The notes beneath the pieces were generated by a model that had not been told where the DNA came from, did not search any database, and saw only the letters and a program-made list of their open reading frames with translations. The translations under genes and the position numbers were made by a program. Shown in pieces: positions 18,474 through 27,287 of a DNA stretch of 64,000 nt. Every line of letters begins with the position of its first letter. The first letter of the stretch is position 1. Where the stretch lies: the NCBI GenBank assembly GCA_963828255.1, contig CAWHDZ010000031.1, positions 1 through 64,000 on the forward strand, given 5' to 3'. This stretch comes from an uncultured delta proteobacterium. Its GTDB lineage: Bacteria > Myxococcota > Myxococcia > Myxococcales > Anaeromyxobacteraceae.

Positions 18474-19922
18474 ATGAACGCAGTCCTCGCAGTCCTGGCC
18501 GCAGCCGCCCTCGCCTCGCCGCAGGCCAAGGGGGCCCCTCCGGCCGCCTCGCCGGCTCCCCAGGCCCAGTCGTCGACAATTCCGTTCGCACATCCCGCTG
18601 CGGGTACAGGGGCGGCCGTCAACCAGGACCCGCCCGGCCCGCCCCCCACCAAGGAGGAGCTCACCAGGTGGGGCAACGAGATCGGCGCCCTTCTCCTCAA
18701 GGGAGACACCGACGGCGTGGCTGCGCGGTTCGCACCTTCCCTCATCACGGTCCTGCCTCCCTGGCGCTTCGGCCAGGGGTGGCACGGCATCGAGGACCGC
18801 AACGGGAAGATCCGATCGGTGGGGGAGGCCGAGGTGAGGGACTCGGGGAAGGGGCAGTCGGTCCTCATCCCCATGCAGATGGAGCGCAACGAGTGGCGCA
18901 CCATGCTGGTGTTCGACAACAAGGGGAGGCTGACCACGGTCCGCTTCTCCCCTGCGACGATGTCGCCGGCCCTGCCGCCGTCGGCGGCCTGGCGCGCGCC
19001 GGCCTACGTCAACCAGAAGAAGTTCCGTGACGTCGACGTGCGGATCGGCGCCGAGCCCTGGGTCCTCCTGGGGGCCCTCAGCCTCCCGGCCGGCAAGGGG
19101 CCCTTCCCGGCGGTGGTGCTCGTCCACGGCTCCGGGCCGAACGACCAGGACGAGACCGTGGGCGCGGTGAAGCCCTTCAAGGACCTGGCCTGGGGGCTCG
19201 CATCCCAGGGGATCGCGGTGCTGCGCTACGAGAAGCGGACCCGGACCTACGGCGAGAAGATGTCGAAGCTGCCGGTGACCGTGAAGGAGGAGGCCATCGA
19301 CGACGCAGTGGCGGCCATCGACATCCTCCGCGGAAACGAGGCCATCGACAGGTCGCGCATCGTGGTCGTCGGGCACAGCCTGGGCGGGTACCTCGCGCCC
19401 CGCATCGCCGAGGCCGCCCGGGGAAAGGTCGCCGGCGTGGTGGTGATGGCCGGGCCGACGCGGTCCATCCCCGAGCTCGTGGAGGAGCAGACCGCATATC
19501 TGGTGACGGCCGGCGCGGCGAACGAGGAGGCGGTCGCCCCCATGCGCGCCGAGGCCAGGAAGATCCGCGAGATCGACCCGAAGAACCCCCCCGAGGGCAA
19601 GCTCCTCAACGCACCCGCGGTGTACTGGATCGACCTCGCCGCCTACGACCCCGCCGCGAAGGCGCGTTCCAACGCGCTGCCCATCCTGGTGCTCCAGGGC
19701 GCCCGGGACTACATGGTCACCGAGAAGGACCTGGCAGGCTGGAAGAAGGCGCTCGACGGCGCCCCCTTCGCGAGGTTCCAGACCTTCCCGGAGGCGAACC
19801 ACCTCTTCGTGAACGGGCAGGGGAAGTCGCTCCCGTCCGAGAACCAGATCGCGGGCAACGTCGGCGAGAAGGTGGTGGACGCCATCGCCGCCTGGGTGAA
19901 GGGGCTGCCGCCCGTGAAGTAG
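18474..19922 (+). CDS. Secreted alpha/beta hydrolase with N-terminal DUF3887-like domain
   Basis: Signal peptide; VHGSGPND, nucleophile GHSLG, QGARDYMV, NHLF. Confidence 0.88.
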   Translation: MNAVLAVLAAAALASPQAKGAPPAASPAPQAQSSTIPFAHPAAGTGAAVNQDPPGPPPTKEELTRWGNEIGALLLKGDTDGVAARFAPSLITVLPPWRFGQGWHGIEDRNGKIRSVGEAEVRDSGKGQSVLIPMQMERNEWRTMLVFDNKGRLTTVRFSPATMSPALPPSAAWRAPAYVNQKKFRDVDVRIGAEPWVLLGALSLPAGKGPFPAVVLVHGSGPNDQDETVGAVKPFKDLAWGLASQGIAVLRYEKRTRTYGEKMSKLPVTVKEEAIDDAVAAIDILRGNEAIDRSRIVVVGHSLGGYLAPRIAEAARGKVAGVVVMAGPTRSIPELVEEQTAYLVTAGAANEEAVAPMRAEARKIREIDPKNPPEGKLLNAPAVYWIDLAAYDPAAKARSNALPILVLQGARDYMVTEKDLAGWKKALDGAPFARFQTFPEANHLFVNGQGKSLPSENQIAGNVGEKVVDAIAAWVKGLPPVK

Positions 19923-19925
19923 CGC

Positions 19926-20912
19926 TCAGAACTCCAGCACGACCTTGCCGAACGAGTCGTTGCGCTCGAGCTGTTCGTGGGCGGCCCGGACCTCCGTGGC
20001 CGGCCAGGCCCGGTCGAGGACCGGCTTCACCTCGCCGGCGACGACGAGCGGCATCACGTCCCGGGCGAAGGCCTGGGTGGCCAGGATCTTCTCGAAGAGG
20101 GGCCGGGGGCGCAGCACCGTTCCGACGACGCGGCCGCGCGCGCGCATGAGCACGCCGAGGTCCACCGTGGCCTTCGGCCCGCCCATGGTCCCGACCACGA
20201 CCACGCACCCCTGCGCGGCCAGCGAGGCCAGGTTCTCGGCCATGTAGGGCGCGCCCACGAAGTCCACCACCACCGGCACGCCGCGCCGGGAGGTGATCCG
20301 CTTCACCTCGTCGGCGAACTTCGGATCCTCCTTCCCGACCAGGATGGCGTGGTCGAGCCCCAGCCCCTTCGCCTTCTCGATCTTGTCGGGGCTGCGGGCC
20401 GTGCCGATCACCGTCCCGCCCATGGCCTTCGCGATCTGCAGCGCCATGGTGCCGACGCCCGAGCCGATGGCGTGGACCAGCGCCGTGCCGCCGGAGCGCA
20501 ATCCACCCAGGGTGACGAGCGCGTCGTGGGCGGTGATGCCGGCCTCGGGAAGGGCGGCGGCCTGCGGGAAGGACATTCCGTCCGGGATGCGCAGCAGCAT
20601 GAACGGGTCGGCGATCACGTACTCGGCCTGGGCCTCGCCCGCGGCGATGGCCATCACCCGGTCGCCCACCTGGAAGCCCGTGACCCCCTCGCCCAGCGCC
20701 GCCACCTCGCCGGCGAACTCCAGCCCCGGGACGTCCTCGCGGAATCCAGGGGGAGGGGGGTAAAGGCCGCGCCGCTGCAGCAGGTCGGCGCGGTTGAGCG
20801 CCGCGGCCCGCACCCGGACCAGCACCTCGCCCCGCTGCGCCACCGGCGCCGGGATCTCCTGGACGCTGGCCAGTTCCGGACCACCCTTTCCTGCGAAGAC
20901 GACCGCCTTCAT
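19926..20912 (-). CDS. NAD(P)H:quinone oxidoreductase (zeta-crystallin/MDR family)
   Basis: ALNRADLLQRRGLYPPP, PGLEFAG, HAIGSGVG, FGKVVL. Confidence 0.92.
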   Translation of the reverse strand: MKAVVFAGKGGPELASVQEIPAPVAQRGEVLVRVRAAALNRADLLQRRGLYPPPPGFREDVPGLEFAGEVAALGEGVTGFQVGDRVMAIAAGEAQAEYVIADPFMLLRIPDGMSFPQAAALPEAGITAHDALVTLGGLRSGGTALVHAIGSGVGTMALQIAKAMGGTVIGTARSPDKIEKAKGLGLDHAILVGKEDPKFADEVKRITSRRGVPVVVDFVGAPYMAENLASLAAQGCVVVVGTMGGPKATVDLGVLMRARGRVVGTVLRPRPLFEKILATQAFARDVMPLVVAGEVKPVLDRAWPATEVRAAHEQLERNDSFGKVVLEF

Positions 20913-21337
20913 CCCATCCTCCTCATCCCGGGCGCCCCGAAGTGCCCGGTGGGGGCCCCGAAGGGCGCCTCGTGGGTGGCGCCGCCGTCGTCGCGCGCCA
21001 CCTCGGCGCGTCCCGGTGCGACGTGGGCCAGAGGATACCCGTCCGCGCGCGGCGGCGCGACCCGCTCCTCGTCGAGCGGGCAGGCCGCCTCGGGGTCGAG
21101 GGCCGAGAGCGCCCCGGCCGGCTCGCAGGACACGGCGAGTGAATAGGCGTCGAAGCTCCCCTCCCACCACATGGAGAGCTCGGCCGGCCCGGTGGCGGCC
21201 CTGGAGGCCTCGGCGAGCAGGGCGTCGCGGAAGGCGCGGAAGGGGGCCACGTCGTGGCGCGGGTCCACCCCGGGCGTGGCCTGGTCCCCGTGGCGCCGGC
21301 GCAGCTCGTCGAGGGAGAAGAGGAGGATGCGGGCCAT
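20909..21337 (-). CDS. Hypothetical protein
   Basis: ATG 21337; stop overlaps the oxidoreductase start (ATGA); protein-like sequence (ELSMWWEGSF). Confidence 0.6.
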   Translation of the reverse strand: MARILLFSLDELRRRHGDQATPGVDPRHDVAPFRAFRDALLAEASRAATGPAELSMWWEGSFDAYSLAVSCEPAGALSALDPEAACPLDEERVAPPRADGYPLAHVAPGRAEVARDDGGATHEAPFGAPTGHFGAPGMRRMG

Positions 21338-21364
21338 CCCGGGTAGGATAGCGCCCCTTCGCCC

Positions 21365-21931
21365 ATGGAACCCATCGTCAGCTCCTTCGTCCTCGTCGCC
21401 GTGAGCGAGATGGGCGACAAGACCCAGCTCCTCGCCTTCTCGCTGGCTTCCCGCTACCGGCGCCCCTGGGTGGTGATGGCCGGCATCCTGGTCGCCACCG
21501 TGCTGAACCACGCGCTGGCCGCGTCGGTGGGGACCTGGGTCTCGGCCCACATTCCACCCAGGGTGATGGCCGGGATCCTGGCCGCCACCTTCGTGGCCTT
21601 CGGCCTCTGGACGCTCCAGCCCGACACGCTGGAGGAGTCGAACGGGCCGGCGGGCCTCGGCCCCTTCCTCACCACCACCGTGCTCTTCTTCATCGCCGAG
21701 ATGGCCGACAAGACCCAGCTCGCCACCGTGGCGCTGGCGGCGCGCTACCAGTCGATCGTGCTCGTCACCGTGGGCACGACGCTCGGCATGCTGGTGTCGG
21801 ACGGGCTGGCGGTCTTCCTGGGGGAGAAGCTGGCCGAGCGGGTCTCCATGAAGGCCATCCGCCGCGTGGCGGCCGGGATCTTCATCGCCTTCGGGGCGGT
21901 TTCGGCGTGGGCGGCGCTCGGATGGCGTTGA
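21365..21931 (+). CDS. TMEM165/GDT1 (UPF0016) family Mn2+/Ca2+ transporter
   Basis: Two copies of the family motif, SEMGDKTQL and AEMADKTQL; hydrophobic. Confidence 0.93.
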   Translation: MEPIVSSFVLVAVSEMGDKTQLLAFSLASRYRRPWVVMAGILVATVLNHALAASVGTWVSAHIPPRVMAGILAATFVAFGLWTLQPDTLEESNGPAGLGPFLTTTVLFFIAEMADKTQLATVALAARYQSIVLVTVGTTLGMLVSDGLAVFLGEKLAERVSMKAIRRVAAGIFIAFGAVSAWAALGWR

Positions 21932-21941
21932 GCGGCAACCC

Positions 21942-22982
21942 CTACGAGGAGTGGCGGATGTTCATGATGTCGCCGTCCTTCACCACGTACTCCTTGCCCT
22001 CCAGCCGGAGCTTTCCCTCGGTGCGGGCCTTGGCCTCGCTGCCCAGGGCCACGAAGTCGTCGTAGTGCACCACCTCGGCCCGGATGAAGCCCCGCTCCAG
22101 GTCGGAGTGGATCCTCCCGGCGGCGCGGGGCGCCTTGTCGCCGCGGCGGATGGTCCAGGCGCGGACCTCGTCCTCTCCCACGGTGAAGTAGGAGATCAGC
22201 TCGAGGAGGTGGTAGGCGGCCCGGATGAAGCGGGCCCGGGCCGGCTCGGTGAGCCCCAGCGAGGCCAGGAACTCCGGCTGCTCGGCCGGGTCGAGGTCGC
22301 CGATCTCCGCCTCCACCGCGGCGCAGAGGGAGATGATCTCGGCGCCGACCGTCCGCGCGCCCCGCTCCGCCGCTGCCGGGGGAAGGGCCGCGGCGTCCCC
22401 CTCGGCGGCGTTCACCGCGACCAGCAGGGGACGGCGGGAGAGGAAGGCGTAATGGGCCAGCTCCTTCTCCTCGGCGTCGCTCCACTTCATGAGGCGCAGG
22501 GGAAGCCCCTGGTCGAGGTGGCCGTGCAGCCGCTCCAGCTCGAGGAACTCGCCGGTCCCCTTGCCGTGCTCCTTGCGCATCCGGTCGAGCCGCTTCTCGA
22601 CGATGGCCAGGTCGTGGAGCACCAGCTCGGCGTCGAAGTCGGCGAGCTCGCGGGCCGGGTCGGCGGGGGTGCCGTCGAGCGCCGGGAACCCGCGCACCAC
22701 CAGGCAGAAGGCGTCCACCTCGGAGAGGGCGCGCAACGACTCGGAGTCGAGCCCGGTGCCCTTGCCGGCGGGGCCGGGCACGTCCACGAAGCGCATCTCG
22801 GTGAAGGTGGTCTTCTTCGGCTTGAACATCGCCGAGAGCTTGTCGATGCGGGCGTCGGGCACCTTGATGGCGCCCAGGTTCACCTGTCCCCGTCCCGCCG
22901 CCCCGCCCTTGTGAAGGCCGGTGAGGGCGTTGAAGAGGGTGGTCTTGCCTGACTGAGCGTAGCCGACGAGCCCTGCCTTCAT
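21942..22982 (-). CDS. ychF: YchF/Obg-like ATPase (divergent paralog type)
   Basis: GYAQSGKTTLFNALT, VPDARID, DVPG, C-terminal SYFTVGEDEVRAWT, IHSDLERGFIRAE, LEGKEYVVKDGD. Confidence 0.88.
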   Translation of the reverse strand: MKAGLVGYAQSGKTTLFNALTGLHKGGAAGRGQVNLGAIKVPDARIDKLSAMFKPKKTTFTEMRFVDVPGPAGKGTGLDSESLRALSEVDAFCLVVRGFPALDGTPADPARELADFDAELVLHDLAIVEKRLDRMRKEHGKGTGEFLELERLHGHLDQGLPLRLMKWSDAEEKELAHYAFLSRRPLLVAVNAAEGDAAALPPAAAERGARTVGAEIISLCAAVEAEIGDLDPAEQPEFLASLGLTEPARARFIRAAYHLLELISYFTVGEDEVRAWTIRRGDKAPRAAGRIHSDLERGFIRAEVVHYDDFVALGSEAKARTEGKLRLEGKEYVVKDGDIMNIRHSS

Positions 22983-23029
22983 GGGCCGACACGGTAGCAC
23001 CACCGGCGCGGCCGGGGTAAAGGCAACGG

Positions 23030-23752
23030 ATGGCAATCGCCGGGATCCTCCTCGCAGCCGGGTCGGCCACGCGGATGGGGCGGAACAAGCTCCTCCTCGA
23101 CCTGGGCGGGGAGCCGCTGGTGCGCCGCGCCGCCCGGCGGGCGCTCGAGGCGGGGCTTTCCCCCCTGCTGGTCGTGGTGGGACACGAGGCCGACCGGGTC
23201 CGGGAGGCGCTCACCGGGCTTCCCTGCCGGTTCGTCCCGAATCCGGGTTGGGCGGCTGGCCAGGGGACGTCGCTCGCGGCGGGGGCGGCGGCCGTCCCGG
23301 GCGAGGCCGAGGCGGCGGTGGTCGTGCTGGCCGACATGCCGCTCGTGACCGCCGACATGATCCGCGCCGTCGTCACGCGCCACCGGGAGACCGGCGCGCC
23401 GGTGGTGGCGAGCCGATACGGGGAGGTCACGGCGCCGCCCACGCTCTACCACCGGTCCGTCCTGCCGGAGTTTCACGGCGCGTCCGGGGAGGGGCCGGGG
23501 CGCGAGGTGATCCGGCGCCACGGCGACCGGGTGCTCCGCATCGACTGGCCGGCCGCCGCGCTGGCCGACGTGGACGTCCCGGCCGACCTCGACCGGCTGC
23601 GCGGTCTGCGGCAGCGGGCGCCGGGGCGAGCGACGGGGAGGTCCTGGCCCGGGCCGCGGCCTGGATCGACGCCGGCCTCGGCGTGGCCATCGCCACGGTC
23701 ACGTCCACCTGGGGTTCCTCCCTGCGCCCGGCCGGAAGCCAGCTCGCGGTGA
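23030..23752 (+). CDS. MocA/MobA-like nucleotidyltransferase (molybdenum cofactor cytidylyltransferase-like); reads ~41 codons past the expected stop
   Basis: ILLAAGSATRMGRNKLL, LADMPLV, DVDVPADL; homology appears to end near 23626. Confidence 0.88.
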   Translation: MAIAGILLAAGSATRMGRNKLLLDLGGEPLVRRAARRALEAGLSPLLVVVGHEADRVREALTGLPCRFVPNPGWAAGQGTSLAAGAAAVPGEAEAAVVVLADMPLVTADMIRAVVTRHRETGAPVVASRYGEVTAPPTLYHRSVLPEFHGASGEGPGREVIRRHGDRVLRIDWPAAALADVDVPADLDRLRGLRQRAPGRATGRSWPGPRPGSTPASAWPSPRSRPPGVPPCARPEASSR

Positions 23753-24564
23753 ACGACCGGGGGGAACTGGCCGGCTCGGTCTCGGGCGGCTGCGTCGAGT
23801 CTGCGGTGGCCGGCGAGGCGATGGCCGCCATCGCCGACGGGAGGCTCCGCCGGCTCCGCTACGGGATCACGAACGAGCGGGCCTGGGAGGTCGGGCTCCC
23901 CTGCGGGGGAACCGTGGAAGTGGCGGTGAAGCCGGCCGACCCGGACCTCCTCCGCCGGCTGCGCGCCGACTTGGCCGCGAAGCGTCCGGTGGTGCTGGCG
24001 CTCGACCTCGCCACCGGCGCCGAGCGGCTCGTGCACCCCGGAGAGCCCGGCGAGGTGCTTCCCGCCGGGGACGGCTTCTTCCTGCGCCGGTTCGACCCGC
24101 CGGTCCGGCTCGTCGTCGTCGGCGCCGTGCACGTGGCCCAGGCGCTCGCCCGCATGGCGCAGGCCGCCGGCTACGAGACCGTGGTGGTGGACCCGCGCCG
24201 CGCCTTCGCCACTGCGGAGCGGTTCCCGGGCGTGCAGGTGGTCGTCGGCTGGCCGGCCGAGGCGCTGGCGGAGCTGGCCATCGACCGGCGCACCGCCGTG
24301 GTCACCCTGGCCCACGATCCGAAGATCGACGACCCGGCGCTCGCCTCCGGCCTGCGTTCCGGGTGCTTCTACGTGGGGGCGCTGGGAAGCCGGAAGTCGC
24401 ACGCGGCGCGGCTGGCGCGGCTCCGGGAGGAGGGGTTCGGGGACGACGACCTGGCCCGCATCCACGGTCCTGTGGGGCTCGCCATCGGGGCCGTGACTCC
24501 GGGTGAGATCGCCGCGTCCATCCTGGCACAGGTGGTGGAGCGGGTGCGCGCCCCGCGGGACTAG
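23626..24564 (+). CDS. xdhC: XdhC/CoxI family molybdoenzyme maturation factor; expected start codon reads GCG instead of GTG
   Basis: ATVTSTWGSS, GSVSGGCVE, GLPCGG, HDPKIDD, YVGALGSR, GPVGLAIGA, EIAASILA. Confidence 0.88.
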   Translation, partial: ASDGEVLARAAAWIDAGLGVAIATVTSTWGSSLRPAGSQLAVNDRGELAGSVSGGCVESAVAGEAMAAIADGRLRRLRYGITNERAWEVGLPCGGTVEVAVKPADPDLLRRLRADLAAKRPVVLALDLATGAERLVHPGEPGEVLPAGDGFFLRRFDPPVRLVVVGAVHVAQALARMAQAAGYETVVVDPRRAFATAERFPGVQVVVGWPAEALAELAIDRRTAVVTLAHDPKIDDPALASGLRSGCFYVGALGSRKSHAARLARLREEGFGDDDLARIHGPVGLAIGAVTPGEIAASILAQVVERVRAPRD

Positions 24565-25097
24565 AGATCCCGGGCGTAGAGCAGGAGGTCCAGCGTCTCG
24601 CCGGGCAGCCGGATCGATCCGTCGCGGCGCATTCCGATGCGTTCCAGCACCCGGATCGATGCCTCGTTGTCCGGGTTGGTGATGGCGAGGACGCGCACCA
24701 TTCCCAGGACGTCGCGGGCGTGGTCGAGCACCGCGCCCGCCGACTCGACGGCGTAGCCCTTCCCCCAGGCCTCCGGAAGGAAGGCGAAGCCGACGTCGGG
24801 CCCGGGAAGCGTGTCCCTCCGGACGAGGCCGCACATGCCCACCGGCTCCCCGGCCACCTTCGGAACCACGCACCAGAGCGCGAAGCCGTTCCGCGCCTGG
24901 CTCGCCCAGGGGCCGTCGTCGACGTACCGCCGTGCGTCCTCGAGCGTCCGCACCCCCCGGTCGCCGATGAAGCGCAGCCAGGAGGGCTCGTTCAGGAGGC
25001 GCAGCAGGAAGGCGTCGTCGCCGTGGGTGAACTCCCGCAGCACGAGGCGCGGCGTCTCGAGGATCGTTCCCGGGAGGGTGCTCGATTGCAACGCCAC
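24561..25097 (-). CDS. GNAT acetyltransferase (RimJ/RimL-like)
   Basis: LETPRLVLRE, DVGFAFLPEAWGKGYA, NEASIRVLERIGM. Confidence 0.9.
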   Translation of the reverse strand: MALQSSTLPGTILETPRLVLREFTHGDDAFLLRLLNEPSWLRFIGDRGVRTLEDARRYVDDGPWASQARNGFALWCVVPKVAGEPVGMCGLVRRDTLPGPDVGFAFLPEAWGKGYAVESAGAVLDHARDVLGMVRVLAITNPDNEASIRVLERIGMRRDGSIRLPGETLDLLLYARDL

Positions 25098-25120
25098 GCC
25101 TGGTGGCTTATCACGCCGGG

Positions 25121-25939
25121 ATGGTCGACGACCTCAATCCGCAGAAGGCCCACATGGCCGACGAGTCGATGGTGCGGAACCTCGCCGCCCAGGCCGAGGC
25201 GGTCTGGCCGCAGGAGCTTCCCATCCTGCGCAGGCACGCGCTGCCGGCCGTGCCGCGCATCCTCGACGCCGGCTGCGGGACCGGCGAGGCCTCCTGGCGT
25301 CTCGCCGAGGCCTTCCCCGGCGCGACGCTGCTCGGCGTGGACGTCCTCGAGGGCTCCCTCGGCCGGGCGCGGGAGAAGTCGGCGCGGTTCGGCGAGCGGG
25401 TTCGCTTCGAGAACAGGTCCATCTTCGATCTGGGGCTGCCGTCGGCCTCCTTCGACCTCGTCGTCTGCCGCCACGTGCTCCAGTCGATCCCGCACGCCGA
25501 CCGGGCCATCGCCGAGCTCGTGCGGGTGACCTGCCCCGGCGGCACCGTGCACCTCATCGCCGAGGACTACGGGATGATCTTCTTCCCCTCCCGCCGCTTC
25601 GATCCGATGCGGCTCTGGCCGGAGGCGCCCAGGGCCTTCGGGGCCGCCACCGGGACCGACATGTTCATCGGCCGGCGCGCACCGGCCATCCTCGGGGGTC
25701 TTGGCCTCCGCGACGTCCGGGTGGACTACGTGGCCGTGGACACGCTGCGGGTTCCACGCGAGACCTTCGCGCGCATCTGGCTGGCCTGGCGCGACGGATA
25801 CGCCGACACCATCGCCGGACACGTGGGGATGACGCCGGCCGAGGTGACGGCCCGCTTCGACGACCAGATCGAGACCATCCGCGATCCGGGATCGTACGCG
25901 GCGTGGCTGGTCCCGGTGGTGAGTGGAGCGGTGCGGTGA
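25121..25939 (+). CDS. Class I SAM-dependent methyltransferase
   Basis: ILDAGCGTG, SFDLVVCRHVL, LVRVTCPGG. Confidence 0.9.
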   Translation: MVDDLNPQKAHMADESMVRNLAAQAEAVWPQELPILRRHALPAVPRILDAGCGTGEASWRLAEAFPGATLLGVDVLEGSLGRAREKSARFGERVRFENRSIFDLGLPSASFDLVVCRHVLQSIPHADRAIAELVRVTCPGGTVHLIAEDYGMIFFPSRRFDPMRLWPEAPRAFGAATGTDMFIGRRAPAILGGLGLRDVRVDYVAVDTLRVPRETFARIWLAWRDGYADTIAGHVGMTPAEVTARFDDQIETIRDPGSYAAWLVPVVSGAVR

Positions 25940-25943
25940 TGAA

Positions 25944-26351
25944 TCAGCCGTCCCACGGGACGGCGTTCATCCGGATGAACTCGGCAACCTCGGCGCGCGC
26001 GGTCCTTCCTTCGGCCACGCCGAGGACGAGGTTCGCCAGCACCTCCGGGTCGGACTCGAGCCAGAGGCCGTTCATGCCCAGGAAGGCGATGGACGCCGAG
26101 AGCCCGGTGCGCTTGTTCCCGTCCAGGAACGGGTGATTGCGAACCACGTGGAACAGGTAGGCCGCCGCCATCTCCGGGAGGGTGGCGTGGAGGTACTCGC
26201 GGCCGAACGTCGCCCGAGGGGCGGCGAGAGCGGACTCGAGAAGCCCCAGGTCCCGAAGCCCCGTCGCGCCACCGTACCGATCGATCTGCTCGCCGTGAAG
26301 GGCCAGGACCTCGTCGAGGGACAGGAAGACGGGCTTCCGCCGCGAGGTCAT
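25944..26351 (-). CDS. doc: Doc/Fic-family type II toxin
   Basis: GLRDLGLLESALAAP and Fic motif NHPFLDGNKRTG; ATGA overlap with the antitoxin. Confidence 0.92.
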   Translation of the reverse strand: MTSRRKPVFLSLDEVLALHGEQIDRYGGATGLRDLGLLESALAAPRATFGREYLHATLPEMAAAYLFHVVRNHPFLDGNKRTGLSASIAFLGMNGLWLESDPEVLANLVLGVAEGRTARAEVAEFIRMNAVPWDG

Positions 26352-26575
26352 TCGGCCAGCCGCTTGAACGTCCCCGCGTAGCGATCGTGGGCCCGACCCA
26401 TCACCTTCCGGAGCCTCTCTGTCCGCCTGACGGACCGGACCGGCGAGACCACGATGACGTCGCCGTCCGTGGAGATCTCGAGCGGGGTGGTCGCGTCGAT
26501 CCCCGTCGCATCGAGGATCTGACGATCGAGGACGAGGGCGAGGCTGTTCCCGGTGCGTGTCAGCTTCTTGGGCAT
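26348..26575 (-). CDS. AbrB/MazE-type antitoxin
   Basis: MPKKLTRTGNSLALVLDRQIL; 75 aa; coupled upstream of doc. Confidence 0.9.
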   Translation of the reverse strand: MPKKLTRTGNSLALVLDRQILDATGIDATTPLEISTDGDVIVVSPVRSVRRTERLRKVMGRAHDRYAGTFKRLAE

Positions 26576-26576
26576 G

Positions 26577-26606
26577 GTACGTACATGATAGCCGCTTTGT
26601 TCGTAC
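26577..26606 (-). promoter_or_regulatory. Inverted-repeat operator overlapping a -10 box of the toxin-antitoxin operon
   Basis: GTACGTACA-N12-TGTTCGTAC (one mismatch) around TATCAT on the minus strand (26585-26590), just upstream of the antitoxin ATG. Confidence 0.6.
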
Positions 26607-26648
26607 GTGGCCAGGGGGCCAGGGGGCTGGCTCGCCGTGGAGGCATGA

Positions 26649-27287
26649 GTGCCCGACGACGCCTGGGCGGCTCGCCAGGTCCGCATCATGAAGGAGAGCG
26701 TCCGCTACCTCGTGGCCGGTGGTGCACGCGTCGTGAACCTGAGCTGGGGCTTCTCCCCCAAGGAGTTCGAGGAGATGCTCGAGGCGAACGGAGTGGGGAC
26801 GCCGGAGGAGCGGCGCAAGACGGCCCGCGGGTGGTTCGACGCCATCTCGGCTGCGCTCAAGGAGGCCATGGCCGCCGCCCCCAACGTCCTCTTCGTGCCG
26901 GCCGCCGGCAACGCCAACTCGGATGCCCGCTTCGAGGACTTCATGCCGTCGTCGTTCGACCTCCCCAACACGCTGACCGCAGGCGCAGTGGACCGGGCCG
27001 GAGACGTGGCGGCCTTCACGAGCTACGGCAAGGTGGACGTCTACGCGAGCGGCTACCAGGTGGAGAGCGTGATCCCCGGCGGGGCCACCCAGTCCTGGAG
27101 CGGCACCAGCATGGCCGCGCCGCAGGTGGTGAACCTGGCGGCGAGGATCCTGGCCCGCCAGCCGACGCTCACCGCCGTGCAGGTGAAGAAGCTCATCGTG
27201 GACGGGGCCGAGGTGAAGGACGTGGCGGGGCGGAAGATCCGCATCCTCGACCCGAAGCGGTCCCTGGAACTCGCCGCGGGAAAGTAG
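26649..27287 (+). pseudogene. 5'-truncated S8 peptidase (C-terminal half only)
   Basis: VVNLSWG, AAGN and SGTSMAAPQV are present; the catalytic Asp and His motifs and a signal peptide are absent. Confidence 0.75.

Noticed and set aside
23030..24564. Programmed frameshift fusing MocA-like and XdhC proteins
   Set aside because: No slippery heptamer or evident stimulatory structure at the junction; a single C/T change restoring a GTGA overlap is simpler.
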